Below are positions 56,182 through 64,000 of a DNA stretch of 64,000 nt, in pieces; the first letter of the stretch is position 1, and each line of letters starts with the position of its first letter. The stretch comes from the human T2T-CHM13v2.0 reference genome, Homo sapiens. The notes below the pieces were generated by a model. It saw nothing but the letters and a program-made list of their open reading frames with translations, was not told the DNA's origin and ran no database searches. The stretch lies in NCBI RefSeq assembly GCF_009914755.1, contig NC_060933.1; one strand, 5' to 3'. Position numbers and translations under genes: made by a program.

Positions 56182-56556
56182 TTAATGTGCAAATGTCTAC
56201 TGTTCTCATTTGCATCACCGACTTTACCTCTTGGGAAAGCTTGCCTCCCCTTGACCCCTTCATGCCCCCTCTCACCCCACCACACCATGTTTTTGTGCTG
56301 TTTCCTCTTTGGGAAATGGATGGAACTTTCCATCTTCAAACGGAAATAGCATTAGAGGATCCTACCCCTCCGCCCCTCTGTGTGGGGAGGCAGAGGACAG
56401 GTGACAGCTCAGACACTGGCCTCCCCTGGACCTGCCCTCATCAACAGCTTGTCCCTTGTTTCTGTTCCCGATGTCAAGCAGTATCTCAGCAAGGCAGAGC
56501 ATCCCTGCTCCAGGAAGAGGGCTCTCCTACAGCCAGGAGAGAAATTCTGTTCTGGA

Positions 56557-56880
56557 GGCTGGGCATGGTGGCTCACGCCTGTGAGCACTCCCAATCTCAG
56601 CACTTTGGGAGGCCAGGGTGGATGGATCACTTGAGTGCAGGAGTTTGAGACCAGTCTGGGCCACACAGGGAAACCCCGTGTTTGTATTTTTGTTTCTACA
56701 AAAGATTAGCTGGGCAGGTGATGGCACACCTAGCTACTAAAGGGGCTGAGGTGGGAGGATCACCTGAGCCCGGGAGGTCAAGGCTACAGTGAGCCATGAC
56801 TGTGCCATTGCACTCCAGCCTGGGTGAGAGAGTAAGACTCTGTCTCAAAAAACGAAAAAAGAAAAGAAAAGAGAAAAGAA
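56557..56880 (+). mobile_element. AluJ-like SINE with rearranged linker
   Basis: Alu consensus; TSD-like gttctgg. Confidence 0.9.
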
Positions 56881-57004
56881 GTTCAGTTCTGGGAGCGGGG
56901 AGGGAAGATTTTGGCCCCAGGTTCCAGTTGCATTCTCCAATTTAGATCTACCAGGAATAAAGCTGAAGCCATTGTCTCTATTTGATCTCAATCCCTTATG
57001 CCCT

Positions 57005-57515
57005 GTATTGAGACTCCCTAGCATGACATCCCATCCTGTGTTTGAGGAATTCCCCATTCTCCAAAACTTGGAGAGAGGCGGAAACTACGCCCCACTGTAG
57101 AAGCCCAAAGGGCCAGTTTGTTGCTTCCTCAGCCTCCCTTGCAGCCAGGGAGCAGACGCTGGCCAGCCTCAGCCAACCAGAGGACTCTGACTCGGCAGCT
57201 AGTGGCACATGAGGGCAGTGGTGGCAGCAAGATCTGCTTCCAAAGTAGCAGGGGCAGCGCAGTGCAGACTGGAGGGGACGGGGGATCCAGTTGGCAGCAG
57301 CAACCGCACTGGCAAAAGTGGTGGCCATGGTGGTGGCAGCAGTGTTCTGGCCACCCCAGTTCTGTGGCCTGATTGTGGGTGCGGCTTGGCTGCATAGTCA
57401 CAGAGCTCGATTTTCCAGCCCTCTTGGGGATCAGATCCTTTTAGTGAATTCTTTTTCTACTGTAATCAGCCAGACTCCATTTCTGTTCTGTGCAGCTTAG
57501 AATGTCTACCCAGAC
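57005..57515 (+). mobile_element. Old LTR (LTR67B-like)
   Basis: cagcctcccttgcagccaggg...gaattctttttctactgtaatcagccagactccatttctgtt. Confidence 0.5.
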
Positions 57516-57944
57516 ATGTGCACACATGTCCCAAAAGCCAGAACCCTGGAAGAAAGAGTGGGTGACTCCTCCAACCACTCCCCCGAGCAACCACCTCACA
57601 GCCTGTGTGTCAGTTAAGAGTGTCTTGATTGTAAAGAAACAAAAACAAAAACAAAATTGCAAACTGATGAGCAATGAAGGGAATGTGTTGGTTCACCTGG
57701 GTCTGGTGAGGTGAAGCTGGATCCAGATTCTCACCAAGACACTGACTTTTCCCTACCTGTGTTTTATATCTTTCTTGCTGTCAACTTCATTTCCAGCCCC
57801 CTCACACAGGCTCTTGCAATTCCAGGCTCTCTCCTTACAGAAATAAAATGGCTGCAATGGTTCCTGACCTCGCATCCTCCCACACCATCCAACAAAAGGG
57901 TGTCTCTTCCAGTAGCTCCCCACAACTCCTGGGGTGTCCAGCTG

Positions 57945-60656
<2,712 letters not shown>

Positions 60657-60785
60657 CTTGCCTCTTGCCTCTGCAGTATGCTCTCAAACGGATTGGTTTA
60701 TCAGTTGGAAACATATCTGGCTGCAAACAAAAGAAAATCCTCAAAACGTGGCTTAAATAGGAGGTCTGTTTATTCTCTCTTCTCT

Positions 60786-61248
<463 letters not shown>

Positions 61249-61249
61249 C

Positions 61250-62249
<1,000 letters not shown>

Positions 62250-62250
<1 letters not shown>

Positions 62251-62686
62251 TCTCAGTCTGTTTGTGCTGCTGTAACAAAATACCTGAGACTGGGTAATTT
62301 ATAAAACAGCATCCATTTATTGCCCACAGTTATGGAAGCTGGAAGGTCCATAACTGTGAGCAATTTATTGATCAAGGTACCAGCATGTTTTGTGTCTGGT
62401 GAGGGCCCAGCCTCTACTTCCAAGATGGCACCCTGAAAGCTGAGTCCTCCAGAGGGGAGGACAGTGGTGTCCTCACATGGTGGGAGGGATGGAAGGGGCA
62501 GAAAGGGCAAAACAGGGTGTACAGCTCCCATGCAGTTCTTTTATAAGGTCATTAATCCCATTCATGAGGGTGGGTCCCTCATGACTAATCACCTTCCCAA
62601 GGGCCCCACCTTCTAATATTATCACCTTGGAGATTAGGTTTCAACATGCAAATATTGGAGGGACACATACACTGAAACCATAGCAA
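62250..62686 (-). mobile_element. MST-family (MSTC/D-like) solo LTR
   Basis: cagtctgtttgtgctgctgtaacaaaatacctgagactgggtaatttata...aaaccatagca. Confidence 0.88.
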
Positions 62687-62774
62687 ATAATGAGTTGCAT
62701 AATCTCCATACGAGAGTTAATTTGTCTATTTCTTCTTATAGTTCTATCAATATTTATACAATAGTTTGAAGCTG

Positions 62775-63184
<410 letters not shown>

Positions 63185-63385
63185 GAAGCTATATTTTTAT
63201 ATGGATACAATTTAGAAGTATTATGTCCTCCTGGTGAGCTGAACCTTTTCTCATTATAAATCACCTATTTGTATTACCCATCTTTTGCTAAGTTAGGCCA
63301 TAGTAACAGCATGATAGCATGAATCATGCACTCGCTCTTAAAGTGCCCACCTGGAAATGATGCATGTTTTATAATACATTAGTGA

Positions 63386-63713
<328 letters not shown>

Positions 63714-63759
63714 CTACTTTCAAAAATTTCTGCAGCTTACAATAATGGTTAATTTCTCA

Positions 63760-64000
63760 CTTACGTTATATGACTTATGTGTGTCATTTGTGGCACTATC
63801 CATTCTTCATTCTATATTCTCTTCATCCAGGGACCCAGGCAGGAAGAATAGTCAATCCCATCCAGGACATGCTCTTCTTGTGGCAGAGGGAGAGAGCAAT
63901 GGTTCTGAAAGCTGTGCTCAGGAGTGCACGCATAACCTCCAGTCACATTTCAGTGACCAAGCCTGACATCCATGGGATGGGAAGTAAACCCTCTCACAGG
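63760..64000 (-). mobile_element. MLT1-type LTR fragment
   Basis: tcttcatccagggacccaggc...catgctcttcttgtggcagagg...ccaagcctgacatccatggg. Confidence 0.55.

Overview
Primate (very probably human) non-coding, repeat-dense genomic DNA. I found no protein-coding exon, tRNA, rRNA, CRISPR array or processed pseudogene. The supplied ORFs are either Alu/L1/LTR-derived or short and without recognisable homology. About 70 Alu elements or fragments cover roughly 30% of the window. The rest includes old L1M/L1MB pieces, L2, MIR, hAT DNA transposons (MER33, MER102-like), solo LTRs (MST, THE1A, MLT1, LTR16, LTR33), a decayed minus-strand ERV-L provirus (1480-7077: 5'LTR-gag-pro-[RT deleted]-RNaseH-IN-dUTPase) and a decayed MLT1-type MaLR provirus (57945-60656). 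The most informative sequence lies in small repeat-free islands: a dense cluster of posterior-HOX/CDX motifs at ~18230-18760; a HOX/AP-1/EBF motif island at ~8950-9320; a consensus CTCF site at 45353-45371; and a 75-nt hairpin at 39716-39790 whose 32-bp stem is fully paired as + strand RNA. There is also a ~250-bp templated copy of local unique sequence inserted into an Alu, and several small fold-back inversions. I see no evidence of a new multi-gene system. The best hypothesis is a cis-regulatory gene desert or large intron. Repeat subfamily names come from memory of consensus sequences and need RepeatMasker/Dfam confirmation; repeat boundaries are approximate unless a TSD is quoted.
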